41,789 nt of DNA from a virus. Lineage: Duplodnaviria; Caudoviricetes. Numbering within the stretch: the first letter of the stretch is position 1; each line of letters begins with the position of its first letter. The notes under the pieces are model-generated. The model saw only the letters and a program-made list of their open reading frames with translations, did not search any database and was not told the DNA's origin. Positions 26,698 to 35,628 of this stretch are shown here, piece after piece. The DNA is taken from positions 1 to 41,789 of IMG/VR virus record IMGVR_UViG_3300021560_000027, one strand, 5' to 3'. The position numbers and the translations under genes were made by a program.

Positions 26698-27539
26698 AGC
26701 ATGCCTCCACCGTACACGTAGCCCTTCAAGTAGTTACCGTCCGGACACTTATAGACCCCGAAAAAGTGGGTTATCTGGCAAATCAATGCCGTAGTGGTGA
26801 GAAACGGCACCTGCTCCTCGCCCTGGTAGGCGATCGTGGTCTGCTCAGCGAGCCCCTGTAATTCCTCCTGGCTTATCGCGTAGCTATGAGTCGCGTCGCG
26901 TTCGAACGAGCAATCATAGCCGAAATAATGCTGTTCCTGAAAACCGAGATAAAGCGCAACCTGGATGCAAACCACCCCGACCATGCATCCCCAGCCGAAC
27001 GAGCGCTCGGGCGCGTAATGAATTGGGTCGACCTGCTCGTTGAAGTGCCAAAGCTGGATGTCATAGTCCTTCAAGCGCTCGAACAAGCTAGGCGGACCTG
27101 AAGAGGCAAACAGGTAAGTGCAGCCCTTAACTGGGTTTTGATAGTAAAGATTGGTTTCTTCCTTAGAATCGGTCGAAACCGCAAAAGTGGGGATAATGCC
27201 GTTCTCGATCAGGTAATCATGGCTCGAGCCCGCGGCCATGATCCACTTGAACTTGCGGATGTCGTTCAAGTGCCGTTTGACCGAGGGTCCGCCACCCACC
27301 AAGGCGATTGGCTCATGGCGTAATGCCATCAAATCCGGCCGATCCATAAAGCGGGGGATCGGTCTGGCTTTATTAATGGCGACGTTTTTCTCCCGATAAG
27401 AGCAATCCGTGTTGGCGCGGCAGACTACCCCCAAGGGTTGCCAATTGCCGTTATCACCTGGGACGTAGACAAACGAATCCTTTGCCAGCAGCCTGCCGGC
27501 CGCTAATTCCTCCTCAGTAGGAATAAAGGTCTCAGGCAC
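26628..27539 (-). CDS. Maf/DUF115 (MAF_flag10/MptE-like) putative glycosyltransferase
   Basis: IALVGGGPSV, YL..NGI.P.FAVS.D, G.MVG..C.Q.ALYLGF...H.FGYDCSF. Confidence 0.75.
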   Translation of the reverse strand: MPETFIPTEEELAAGRLLAKDSFVYVPGDNGNWQPLGVVCRANTDCSYREKNVAINKARPIPRFMDRPDLMALRHEPIALVGGGPSVKRHLNDIRKFKWIMAAGSSHDYLIENGIIPTFAVSTDSKEETNLYYQNPVKGCTYLFASSGPPSLFERLKDYDIQLWHFNEQVDPIHYAPERSFGWGCMVGVVCIQVALYLGFQEQHYFGYDCSFERDATHSYAISQEELQGLAEQTTIAYQGEEQVPFLTTTALICQITHFFGVYKCPDGNYLKGYVYGGGMLWDNIRQTPEMRPWLEAVPIRSL

Positions 27540-27545
27540 CTTTCT

Positions 27546-28796
27546 TTAAGAAGCCTGGATGTAGCTCGTGTCGGTCACGCCGCCGACCGTCGGAGTTCCC
27601 GGCTGCGGAACAACCGCGGTCGTCGAAGTGATCGAATAGAGCGGCACCATCGAAGGTACTTGCTGAATGCCGAGCCCCTGATCCTCCAACACCGTGCCAG
27701 TGGTCGAAGAGGCCACCCCCGAGCTCAGCGTCGCATTAATGCGCGCCGGCCGCGGGAAGGATACGCCAACGCCGTTGTGCAGCGGGTTGGTGATGAAGTT
27801 CGTCGAGGCCGAGATGGTATTGGACACCGACAGCAAGGTAAGCGAGCCCAGCGAGGATCCGCCTGTCGTATAGGTGCCGACACCCGTCACGCAGAAGTTC
27901 ATGATTGCCGTGGCCAAGGCCGTCGTGGTGGCATTGGTCAAGGTCAGGGTGGGAACGCCGGTCAGAGCTGTACCTGAATCCGTCGGATAAAGCCCAGTGA
28001 CCTGGCCGGTTGCCGTCAGTGTCACTACCACGACCGCAACCGCAGTTGGGCCGGGAGTGGCCGCATATTGCTCCCGAGGATCCGGGATAAAGGTCAGGTT
28101 CGGGTTTGAGGTATAGCCCGCGCCCTGATTGATGATCTGCACGTTGGCGACCGGGACCGTGCCGGTAGTCAACGAAGTAACGATCGCGGTGGCCTGCAGG
28201 CCGCCCGCCGGCGGTGCGTCCACGACCACGATCGGCGGGAAGTTATAGCCCGTGCCGGCGGTCGTAGTGCCGGTGGCCGTGGTGAGCGTAAGACTAACCG
28301 CGCCGCCGACCACAACCTGCCACTTCGAGGAGCCCGATGACGGAGTGACGGTTACCGCGGTGGCCGTCGTGCCGATGCCGTTCGTATAAGTAACACCGCC
28401 GGTCGTGATCACTGCGCCGATCGTGCAACCAGAAAGATTAGCCAGACGGAAGTTCGATCCGTCCGACTCCACGTAGGTCTCGCGGTCTGCCGCGGTCGGG
28501 CGCGTCTTCCACAAGCCTACCGTCGAGGTGCCGGTGCCGGACGGAGTCGTGATATTGGCCGCCGTCGCGGTCACTGGGTCCAGCCATTGCAGGTAAGTGT
28601 AGGGGCCGGGCTTTATCCACCAAGTCCCCGGCGGAATCATCCAGATTTCGCCGGCGCCCAGCGTGACGTTGTTAGAAAAGGCGTTATAGAAGCCCGCAAC
28701 AAACGGGGCCTTGCCGAATACTTGGACGTTGTTGTTGGCGCCGAGGTTCGGCAGCGGCAGCGTGCCGACGTTACCGCCAATTCGGGGGACAGCCAT
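27546..28796 (-). CDS. Thr-rich virion protein (probable capsid decoration/head fibre)
   Basis: TAATG-coupled to the capsid gene; dense Thr runs and G.GY repeats. Confidence 0.7.
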   Translation of the reverse strand: MAVPRIGGNVGTLPLPNLGANNNVQVFGKAPFVAGFYNAFSNNVTLGAGEIWMIPPGTWWIKPGPYTYLQWLDPVTATAANITTPSGTGTSTVGLWKTRPTAADRETYVESDGSNFRLANLSGCTIGAVITTGGVTYTNGIGTTATAVTVTPSSGSSKWQVVVGGAVSLTLTTATGTTTAGTGYNFPPIVVVDAPPAGGLQATAIVTSLTTGTVPVANVQIINQGAGYTSNPNLTFIPDPREQYAATPGPTAVAVVVVTLTATGQVTGLYPTDSGTALTGVPTLTLTNATTTALATAIMNFCVTGVGTYTTGGSSLGSLTLLSVSNTISASTNFITNPLHNGVGVSFPRPARINATLSSGVASSTTGTVLEDQGLGIQQVPSMVPLYSITSTTAVVPQPGTPTVGGVTDTSYIQAS

Positions 28797-29809
28797 TAGA
28801 AGCTTGCTCCTGTGATGGACGTGAGCCGCATGCCGCTGACCGGCTTGGCGCAAACCACGTCAAAAGCCACGATGACCACGCCGATATTGGCAATCTGCAG
28901 GTTCGGGATTGCCGAGTAGAAGCCCGAGAAGGCAAACGGGGCATCTTCCGACATGTAGAGCGCCAGATAGCGTGAATTGATGATGTAGGCGGTGCCGGCT
29001 GGACAGAACGGATCCATGAAAATCGGCGTGTCGCCCAGCATGATGCCGCGGAAGCCGGCATTGATCGGGTCTTCCGTGCCGTAGCGCGAACCCGGCGAGG
29101 TAAAAAAGGTCTCCGAGTTCATGAAGTCCGTCATGAGCTTGGTCCAGTCGCCCGGATACATGACCATGAAGTCCGGAGCCTCGCCGCCGGCCAAATACGT
29201 GGTTTGCACCAAGTACGGAATGGCAACCTGGCGGGTTAGTGCCGCGGATACCGTATTGATGGTGGACTTCCAGAACGCATTGCCGGCCGCGTTACGATTG
29301 ATGCCGCCGTAGGTCACGACGTTAGTCGCATCATCATAGGCCTGCAGGAGGCTATCGACCTGGGTCGGGTTGTTCTGGTTATTGGTGAACAAAGCGCTCG
29401 AGATCGCCTGCACCGCGACCGTCTTGGCGTCCGCCATGCGGGCTTTGAGGATAGGAATTACCGCCTCGGAAGACTGGATCAGCGCTTCCATCCCCATGAA
29501 CGGGATCGGCACCACACCTAGCTTGAGGTTGAACTCCGCATTCTGCGCTGCAGTCTGTACTGAGGGTTGCGGGAATACCCCAGTATAGTCCGACCAAGAG
29601 AACGACACATAAGAGCCACCCTGGACCGGAACGGTGACCTGCGACACACCGCCTTTGGCGCGCTGCGCGTTACGCAGAAGCAAGGATAGGAGCGGAGTGG
29701 CCTTATAGATCTGAACCACCAGCCGCGGGATGAAGGCTCGTCGCGTGGTGGCAACGAGTTCGTTTCCGATTGCGCCAGACGGCACAATGCCTACGCCTAA
29801 TTGGGGCAA
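28796..29809 (-). CDS. Major capsid protein
   Basis: 337 aa after the scaffold; TTG with AGGAG RBS; TYGGINR...FWKS and PIFMDP.CP.GTAY.IN motifs; high GC3 codons. Confidence 0.88.
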   Translation of the reverse strand: MPQLGVGIVPSGAIGNELVATTRRAFIPRLVVQIYKATPLLSLLLRNAQRAKGGVSQVTVPVQGGSYVSFSWSDYTGVFPQPSVQTAAQNAEFNLKLGVVPIPFMGMEALIQSSEAVIPILKARMADAKTVAVQAISSALFTNNQNNPTQVDSLLQAYDDATNVVTYGGINRNAAGNAFWKSTINTVSAALTRQVAIPYLVQTTYLAGGEAPDFMVMYPGDWTKLMTDFMNSETFFTSPGSRYGTEDPINAGFRGIMLGDTPIFMDPFCPAGTAYIINSRYLALYMSEDAPFAFSGFYSAIPNLQIANIGVVIVAFDVVCAKPVSGMRLTSITGASF

Positions 29810-29852
29810 CGAAGTCTCCTTTGTGTTGCTCCAGCCGGGCGGAGGCTGAAAT

Positions 29853-30407
29853 TTACGTCAAAATCTGTCCTTTTTTGATCGTTTCCTCGGCCCAGGCCTT
29901 CCGAGCTTCCTTCTCGGCCCAGGCATCTTCGTCCTCGAACAGAAGTTTCATGTCAGGGTCTTCGGTTTTCTTGCCAAAACCCCAATCCGAGGGTGAAAGT
30001 GTGGATGGTTCTTGCGATCGCGCCGGATTACGGTGGGTCCACAGGTCCGCGGCATCGATAATCGACGGAATCTCGCGTTCGATCATCATTTTCTTGAGTT
30101 TCTCGATGCCTTCGTCGGTAAAATCGCGTTGTTCCTGCAGATATTTGATGTCTTTGGCCAATCTTGTGTCCAAATCCTTGCCTTGGACCTCTTTCCTATA
30201 GTCGGCAAAGTCCTTGGACAGCTTTTCAATCTTTTCTTCCAACGGCTTAACGAACGGCTCGGCAATATCCTGGGTCGTATTGGTGTCCGGATAATGCTCC
30301 TTAATCAAGGCTTCCTGGCGCGCCCGGGTTTTGCCCTGCAGAAGCTTATCCAGGAGCGCCTTGGAGCCGGTCAGGATCCGTAAATCAGAATCAGTAATCT
30401 CAACCAT
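29853..30407 (-). CDS. Scaffolding protein (putative)
   Basis: Highly charged helical protein immediately upstream of the capsid gene. Confidence 0.65.
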   Translation of the reverse strand: MVEITDSDLRILTGSKALLDKLLQGKTRARQEALIKEHYPDTNTTQDIAEPFVKPLEEKIEKLSKDFADYRKEVQGKDLDTRLAKDIKYLQEQRDFTDEGIEKLKKMMIEREIPSIIDAADLWTHRNPARSQEPSTLSPSDWGFGKKTEDPDMKLLFEDEDAWAEKEARKAWAEETIKKGQILT

Positions 30408-30409
30408 GG

Positions 30410-30622
30410 TCAGTTAGTGTGCTTAATGGTCAATTCCGGCGCGCCGGGCGGTGAAGGTTGACTCTGGCGCACGCCGTTCGGGGCCGAAGCATCGCCGTTC
30501 ATGAAGCCGAAAATGCTCATGCGGGAACCCCAGTCCATGGCATCGAGATTGATTTTCACGATCTGCGGGTCTTTTTCGATGATGTTATTGATATTCGGCC
30601 CGGGAAAATTCTTGTTTGCCAT
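30410..30622 (-). CDS. Hypothetical head-module protein
   Basis: ggag RBS; 70 aa. Confidence 0.65.
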   Translation of the reverse strand: MANKNFPGPNINNIIEKDPQIVKINLDAMDWGSRMSIFGFMNGDASAPNGVRQSQPSPPGAPELTIKHTN

Positions 30623-30623
30623 T

Positions 30624-31007
30624 TTAAGCTCCCATCATGGGCGAAGGAGTAGGGGGAGGCGGGCCTCCCCCTTGCTGGGCGCCGCCCGCGCCCAGCGAAG
30701 ACATAACCTGCCTTAGCATTGCGTTCTGTTTCGCATTCTGCATAAGCCCCTGCAACTGACTTTGTTGCACGCCAGGGACCTCCGCGGAAGGCGCCACATA
30801 TTTCGAAACCCCCTGGATGGCCGACATGACCGCTTTATGCGGCTCGGATCCGGGAGGCAGTGACGGCAGCGCCGCCTCGAGCATTTTAATTGCCTCCCTC
30901 ACCTTGGACATTCCGTCGGCGGCCATCCCTGGTGAGCCCGAGGGAGTGGGCACTGGCGAGGCGCCGCCAAACGGGGGTTGTCCAGTCAGTGAAGGAGGCA
31001 AAGGCAT
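30624..31007 (-). CDS. Pro/Gly/Gln-rich head-module protein
   Basis: ATG 31007 (MPLPPSLTG) chosen over the overlapping upstream start. Confidence 0.65.
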   Translation of the reverse strand: MPLPPSLTGQPPFGGASPVPTPSGSPGMAADGMSKVREAIKMLEAALPSLPPGSEPHKAVMSAIQGVSKYVAPSAEVPGVQQSQLQGLMQNAKQNAMLRQVMSSLGAGGAQQGGGPPPPTPSPMMGA

Positions 31008-31039
31008 GTGTGCATTGCGTCGTTGTTGAGTTGCCTCGT

Positions 31040-31081
31040 TTATCGGCGATGCTTGCGCCGACGATTGCGAACGAGCTCCAT
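31040..31081 (-). CDS. Arg-rich 13-aa micro-ORF
   Basis: gagga RBS then MELVRNRRRKHRR*. Confidence 0.5.
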   Translation of the reverse strand: MELVRNRRRKHRR

Positions 31082-31137
31082 CGCGAGTCCTCTTCGGTTG
31101 CGGGGGGCGAGACTCAAGCGAATCAACCCCCCTCGGG

Positions 31138-32829
31138 TTACTTCTTGCCCTTGCCATGCAGCAACAATTCAGGATGCTGCTTAATAAGTTGGGCGTGGGC
31201 CGCTTCACGCGCTCTCGCGCGCGCAATTAAAATATCCTCGTGTTGCGGGTGGGTCAACATTAGTAGGTCGGCACCGTCAATAGCCCCAGATTTAGCGAGT
31301 CCAAAGGCAAGCTTCATATTATCCTCGGCATAGACCGGCGAGGAGGAGTGTGAATCGACTGAGACTTTCATGTCGTCGGGGAGGTTCTTGAGAAGGAACT
31401 GGACATTGGCGGGGCCGACTTTTTCCTCAAGCACTTCGGCCTCCTGCGCCTGCATCATTCGAAAGACAAACTCTCCCCACTCTGCGCATTGTCGTTCAAC
31501 CAATAGCGCTCTATCCCGCATTCGGGGAGAAGAGTTACGTGCGAGCATCGCAGCCTGCTGTTGCGATCGAACACCTTGTTCACCCTGACCCTGCATAATG
31601 GGAGTAAAGCCGGCGACGTCGTCGAAAAACTGCATGGTCTTGTCGAGCCAAGCAAAAAATTCTTGTGGGATATCAGGCGCATGCTCTTCCATCTTCGCGT
31701 TTGGGTTTTCTTCTGAGATAAATCCTCTAGGCCTGTTGAAAGCCTTGTATTTTTCCAGGTTTAGCCCGGCAAACCCGACCGCGGAGCGCGGCGGATCGGC
31801 TTTGAGCCGGCGAAGCCTCGTTAAACTACGCACCTGCTCGTTTAAATCGTCCTGCAGCCGGTAGATGGCAGCGACCTCCGACATACCCCAGAAATAGCCC
31901 TGAACCTCGTTCGGCGAGACTTTCACAAACGGGTGGAAACCACGGAAATCATTATCCTTCCCTAGCATATCGGCCAGGCCGCAGAGATTCCTTCGCCGTT
32001 CCTTGCCCTCCACCACGATATTGCAGCCCCGAACCATGCGCAGTGTGGTGTAGTCCTGCCGTTCGCGATCCTGCACCCACAATTCATCGAGTCGGACCAG
32101 CGATCGAGCTACTTTGGCGTCAAGGACCGGTTGAGGAACGCCAACAATGCCGACCATCCCACTTCCCGACGAGGTCGTGGTGGACACGGGTTGAGTGCCG
32201 CCGACGATGATTTGGTGGAAGTAATCTTCGGTGAACTCATCCTCGGTTTTCTCGGTCGCCGAAGCCTCGACTTGGGCCACAATCCTCTCACGGTCATCCC
32301 TTTCCCAGATCGAGCGGCGGAACGCCGAGGGCGTCATGTAGGTCGACATGACGAAAGCTTCCTGGCGATCGAGCTCCTCGATATCCTCGCGCAAGACGCC
32401 AAAGAAGGAAGGCCGAATCACCCAACCTTCCGGGCCGTCATGGCCCTTGGCACATTTGAGAATATTCACACCATCGATCAACGCGCCGTTGACCGCGGAC
32501 GAAAAGCATTGATCGAGGTTCTTCTGGTGGAATAGACGGTTTAGTTTACGCGAGGCGGCATTGGCCTGGGCCTCGATTTCCTCGCCTTCAGAGTGGTCAA
32601 ATTCGATGTGAAAGCGGACATCAGTCGGGGAAAAAAGGAAGGCTCCGAGACGCTCGACGTGCGGGTAACAGCGATTATAGACAGCAACAGAGCCGTCACT
32701 TGTGCCTGTGTAATAGTAGGATCGGAACATCTTGAGGAGCGAGCGCCGCTCGATCGAGGACTGCATGCATTCCTGGCAGATTTCACTGATCCATTCCTCG
32801 AGATGGTTCTGCGGGATTTTAAGGCTCAT
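31138..32829 (-). CDS. Portal protein
   Basis: 563 aa between terminase and capsid; HPFV....N....YFWG.SE....LQ, G.GEQGVRS. Confidence 0.85.
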   Translation of the reverse strand: MSLKIPQNHLEEWISEICQECMQSSIERRSLLKMFRSYYYTGTSDGSVAVYNRCYPHVERLGAFLFSPTDVRFHIEFDHSEGEEIEAQANAASRKLNRLFHQKNLDQCFSSAVNGALIDGVNILKCAKGHDGPEGWVIRPSFFGVLREDIEELDRQEAFVMSTYMTPSAFRRSIWERDDRERIVAQVEASATEKTEDEFTEDYFHQIIVGGTQPVSTTTSSGSGMVGIVGVPQPVLDAKVARSLVRLDELWVQDRERQDYTTLRMVRGCNIVVEGKERRRNLCGLADMLGKDNDFRGFHPFVKVSPNEVQGYFWGMSEVAAIYRLQDDLNEQVRSLTRLRRLKADPPRSAVGFAGLNLEKYKAFNRPRGFISEENPNAKMEEHAPDIPQEFFAWLDKTMQFFDDVAGFTPIMQGQGEQGVRSQQQAAMLARNSSPRMRDRALLVERQCAEWGEFVFRMMQAQEAEVLEEKVGPANVQFLLKNLPDDMKVSVDSHSSSPVYAEDNMKLAFGLAKSGAIDGADLLMLTHPQHEDILIARARAREAAHAQLIKQHPELLLHGKGKK

Positions 32830-33101
32830 GTCGTGAACACATCGATGAATTGCTGCTGGTTCATCACCACCAGCTTGCCGTTGATAACCACATTATACAC
32901 GGTCGGCGGCGGATCATTAAGCGCCTCGAGCACAAAGGTATTCATATAGGCTGGCTCGTCGGCATTGGTCGGCATTACCTTGTTATTCACGATACACGGC
33001 AGCGGCCCCAAATTGGCAGTCGGCACCAAGACAACAACAGCTAATCCGTTATCATCGACATAGACATTGCCAGATCCGTCAATGAGTGCGTGTTGGGCCA
33101 C
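32826..33101 (-). CDS. Hypothetical protein
   Basis: Coupled to the portal gene by ATGA. Confidence 0.6.
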   Translation of the reverse strand: MAQHALIDGSGNVYVDDNGLAVVVLVPTANLGPLPCIVNNKVMPTNADEPAYMNTFVLEALNDPPPTVYNVVINGKLVVMNQQQFIDVFTT

Positions 33102-34537
33102 TAGTTATTAGCCGCATGGATCACTTGAAAATTAATAACATCTGTACTGGTACCATTCGCCAGTGGGTACAAATTTATTATAAATGAGCCCGCAGCCACG
33201 TTGGTTGCGTAGGCAATTATGCCTTGCGGGTTGCCATTGATCAAAACCGTATCGGTTGCGGCGACAAGCGAGTCGTTAACACCAAACGAAACCAAAGTGT
33301 TGGCTGTGAATGCATTGCTTACCGTAGTAATCTGCCCGCTGATTTTATTCAGCGTCACCGCTGTAGTGATGCTGGTCAGTTGGGTGACCGTACCGCCATT
33401 GCCCTGACCGGACGTTATGCCGAGAGCGCCACTCGATACGTTACCGTTATTGCTGATCAAGGCAGCGTTAGTGATGGAAAATCCACGTAAATCGATACCG
33501 TAAGAAACAGGAATATTCGAAATACTTTCGAGGTGAGTACTCAGAACACTGCCGGTGCTGTTTATTGGCACCAGACCATTGCCGCCCAGCTCGGCAAACA
33601 AAATACCGTTGTGAAAGCCTACACCCGGGCCATAGGGGCCGGCGCCGTTGGCCGCCGCGATCGAACCGCCGGAATAGATACCCAAAGCTGCGTCTGCCGA
33701 CGTTCCCTGCACCGCCTCATAATTAACGATGGTCTCACCAAAGGCATAATGCGATGACGAGCCCGCTGCCGTCATCAAATCATTTTCGTTCGCAGCCAGA
33801 TTATAGACATTAGTACCGCCGCTCCGAACTTGCATATTCGAGCCGAAATAGGCGCCCAAGGCGCCCGCGCCGGTATTGGTTCCGCCATCCCCCGCATTGG
33901 TCTGTCCGATCGCGGTAATGCCTTCTGTAGTCGTGCCGGTAGCCCCTCCAGACCCGGTGTTAGCGGTGGTCTGAATTCCCCACGAAAATATCAGGGAGCG
34001 CCCGCCCCTAGAACCGGCGCTGCCATAAAGATGGGTAATATTCAAATCGGTGCAGAAAGCGCAGTTTTGGGTATCCGAGTTAGTAGAGAGACTATTCCAA
34101 TCATAAAGAGTAGTGACGCCCGAAATAGCTTGAGCAAGCTTGATGGCAACGCAATCCGCAGCATTCGCGGTCGAGCCGGTCAGATTGCACTTGATAGTAT
34201 TGCCGGACATCTGCGCCAATTGCGCATTCGTGACTGTGTTATTAGCAAGTTCAGAACCAAGAATGCTGCCTGACGGAAAAGTCTGAGTGCCGGACCAGGT
34301 ATTATTGTGGGCCAAGTTCAGGGAACCGACCACCGAGCCCGTCGTGGGGCTAATTGTCAGGGTTCCATCCGAATTCGACACCGAGGTAACAGCGCCGCCA
34401 AAGGTTGGCGAAATCGCCTTGGGAACGCCGCCTGCGACCGTGCCGCATACCGTATTGGCCGGGAAATTGCCGGTGCATTGGGCGTAAGCCGCACCCGGCA
34501 GCAACAAAAACACAGACACAATATATCTAGCCAGCAC
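33101..34537 (-). CDS. Fibre-like Gly/Thr/Asn-rich protein with an N-terminal signal-peptide-like segment
   Basis: MLARYIVSVFLLLPGAAYA|QC; NTWSGTQTF and VTNAQLAQM fibre-type motifs; GTVTQ.TSITT.VTLNK.SGQIT C-terminus. Confidence 0.7.
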   Translation of the reverse strand: MLARYIVSVFLLLPGAAYAQCTGNFPANTVCGTVAGGVPKAISPTFGGAVTSVSNSDGTLTISPTTGSVVGSLNLAHNNTWSGTQTFPSGSILGSELANNTVTNAQLAQMSGNTIKCNLTGSTANAADCVAIKLAQAISGVTTLYDWNSLSTNSDTQNCAFCTDLNITHLYGSAGSRGGRSLIFSWGIQTTANTGSGGATGTTTEGITAIGQTNAGDGGTNTGAGALGAYFGSNMQVRSGGTNVYNLAANENDLMTAAGSSSHYAFGETIVNYEAVQGTSADAALGIYSGGSIAAANGAGPYGPGVGFHNGILFAELGGNGLVPINSTGSVLSTHLESISNIPVSYGIDLRGFSITNAALISNNGNVSSGALGITSGQGNGGTVTQLTSITTAVTLNKISGQITTVSNAFTANTLVSFGVNDSLVAATDTVLINGNPQGIIAYATNVAAGSFIINLYPLANGTSTDVINFQVIHAANN

Positions 34538-34874
34538 TGTACCAACCTCCTGTCGTTAACGGCCACAAAGTGAAACCGCCGTAGGGCGTTGATAACGAAA
34601 AGCTAGTCAAGTTCAGAAAAGTTTGGCCGCCTGTCGTCTGGATAGTAATAGCAGGAGTCCCCGAGATATCCGAAATGCGTACCGGGCGGCCCGCGCGCAA
34701 TGTCGAATCTGGCAATTGAATCGTGACTGCCGCGGTCGTCGACACGACCACATCGCCATAATTCGTAGCACTAAGCGTAAAGGTTCCGCCGGATGAGACT
34801 ATGTTAGGCGGGGGGAACAGAGCTCCCGATAGGAGCGTGGTCGGGATCGGAAATGCGGTAAAGGGCGCGGTCAC
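34527..34874 (-). CDS. Putative structural protein
   Basis: Thr-rich beta protein with T.QLP, ISD..G and GGWY motifs. Confidence 0.6.
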   Translation of the reverse strand: MTAPFTAFPIPTTLLSGALFPPPNIVSSGGTFTLSATNYGDVVVSTTAAVTIQLPDSTLRAGRPVRISDISGTPAITIQTTGGQTFLNLTSFSLSTPYGGFTLWPLTTGGWYSAG

Positions 34875-35425
34875 GCTTTCCTAGCCGGGTTTTGCATATC
34901 CGCCCGATAGCCCTCCTTCATCATAGAGGAGGGGTGCTTAGAGATATTGCCTTTCCTAGCAAGATTATGCAAAGCGCCGATCGGATCCACCGAGGCCGGA
35001 CCAACTTTGGCCATCTGAATAAGCGACTGCCCAGTCATAGATGACAATGTGGTCGGCGTGCCACCGGTCCCGCCCCAAAAGGCCTTATTAAGATCCGGAT
35101 TACCGGCGGTCTGCTGCGCCATTTCGCTCATAGTCTGGTTAACGAGCTCGGTCTCGGCCTTGGTTTCAATACGCCGTTTGATACCGATCTCGCCGGGCTT
35201 GTTGTTGTCCTTGAAGTCCGAAAGTCCGTAATCCTTTTCCATGATGTCCTGGGCGATAGCGACCGCCTTACCCTCGTTAGAACCACCGATCGAAAAGCTC
35301 TGCGGTCGCCAATCCATGATCTTGTCGCAAATTGGATTAGGACACGGAGGGTCCGGGTCTTCCGAATTGCATTCAAAGACGAAAATCTTTTCACAGTCGC
35401 GGCACTGGTAGGTTCGGCGAATCAT
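34871..35425 (-). CDS. FmdB-like zinc-ribbon protein
   Basis: RTYQCRDC...PPCPNPIC N-terminus. Confidence 0.7.
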   Translation of the reverse strand: MIRRTYQCRDCEKIFVFECNSEDPDPPCPNPICDKIMDWRPQSFSIGGSNEGKAVAIAQDIMEKDYGLSDFKDNNKPGEIGIKRRIETKAETELVNQTMSEMAQQTAGNPDLNKAFWGGTGGTPTTLSSMTGQSLIQMAKVGPASVDPIGALHNLARKGNISKHPSSMMKEGYRADMQNPARKA

Positions 35426-35628
35426 TGGTGCGTGCTCGAGCCGCCGGCATTACGAAACGCAATCAGGCAAGCGGTACGAAAATTCGCTTCACTGATCAAC
35501 GGAAACCGCGGCGCCTCGAGCTCGGCCTCGCCCTCAGTGATGGCGCCGTCTTCATCAAACGCCACGACAACAACGCCGATTTTCTTCGGCTTCCTGCCAT
35601 TGATTACAAATTTTGGTTCCTCGGTCAT
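35422..35628 (-). CDS. Hypothetical protein
   Basis: ATGA-coupled to the terminase gene. Confidence 0.6.
   Translation of the reverse strand: MTEEPKFVINGRKPKKIGVVVVAFDEDGAITEGEAELEAPRFPLISEANFRTACLIAFRNAGGSSTHQ

Noticed and set aside
28771-28853. T7-like frameshift fusing the capsid to the Thr-rich protein
   Set aside because: No slippery heptamer near the capsid stop; the downstream gene has its own aggag RBS and TAATG coupling
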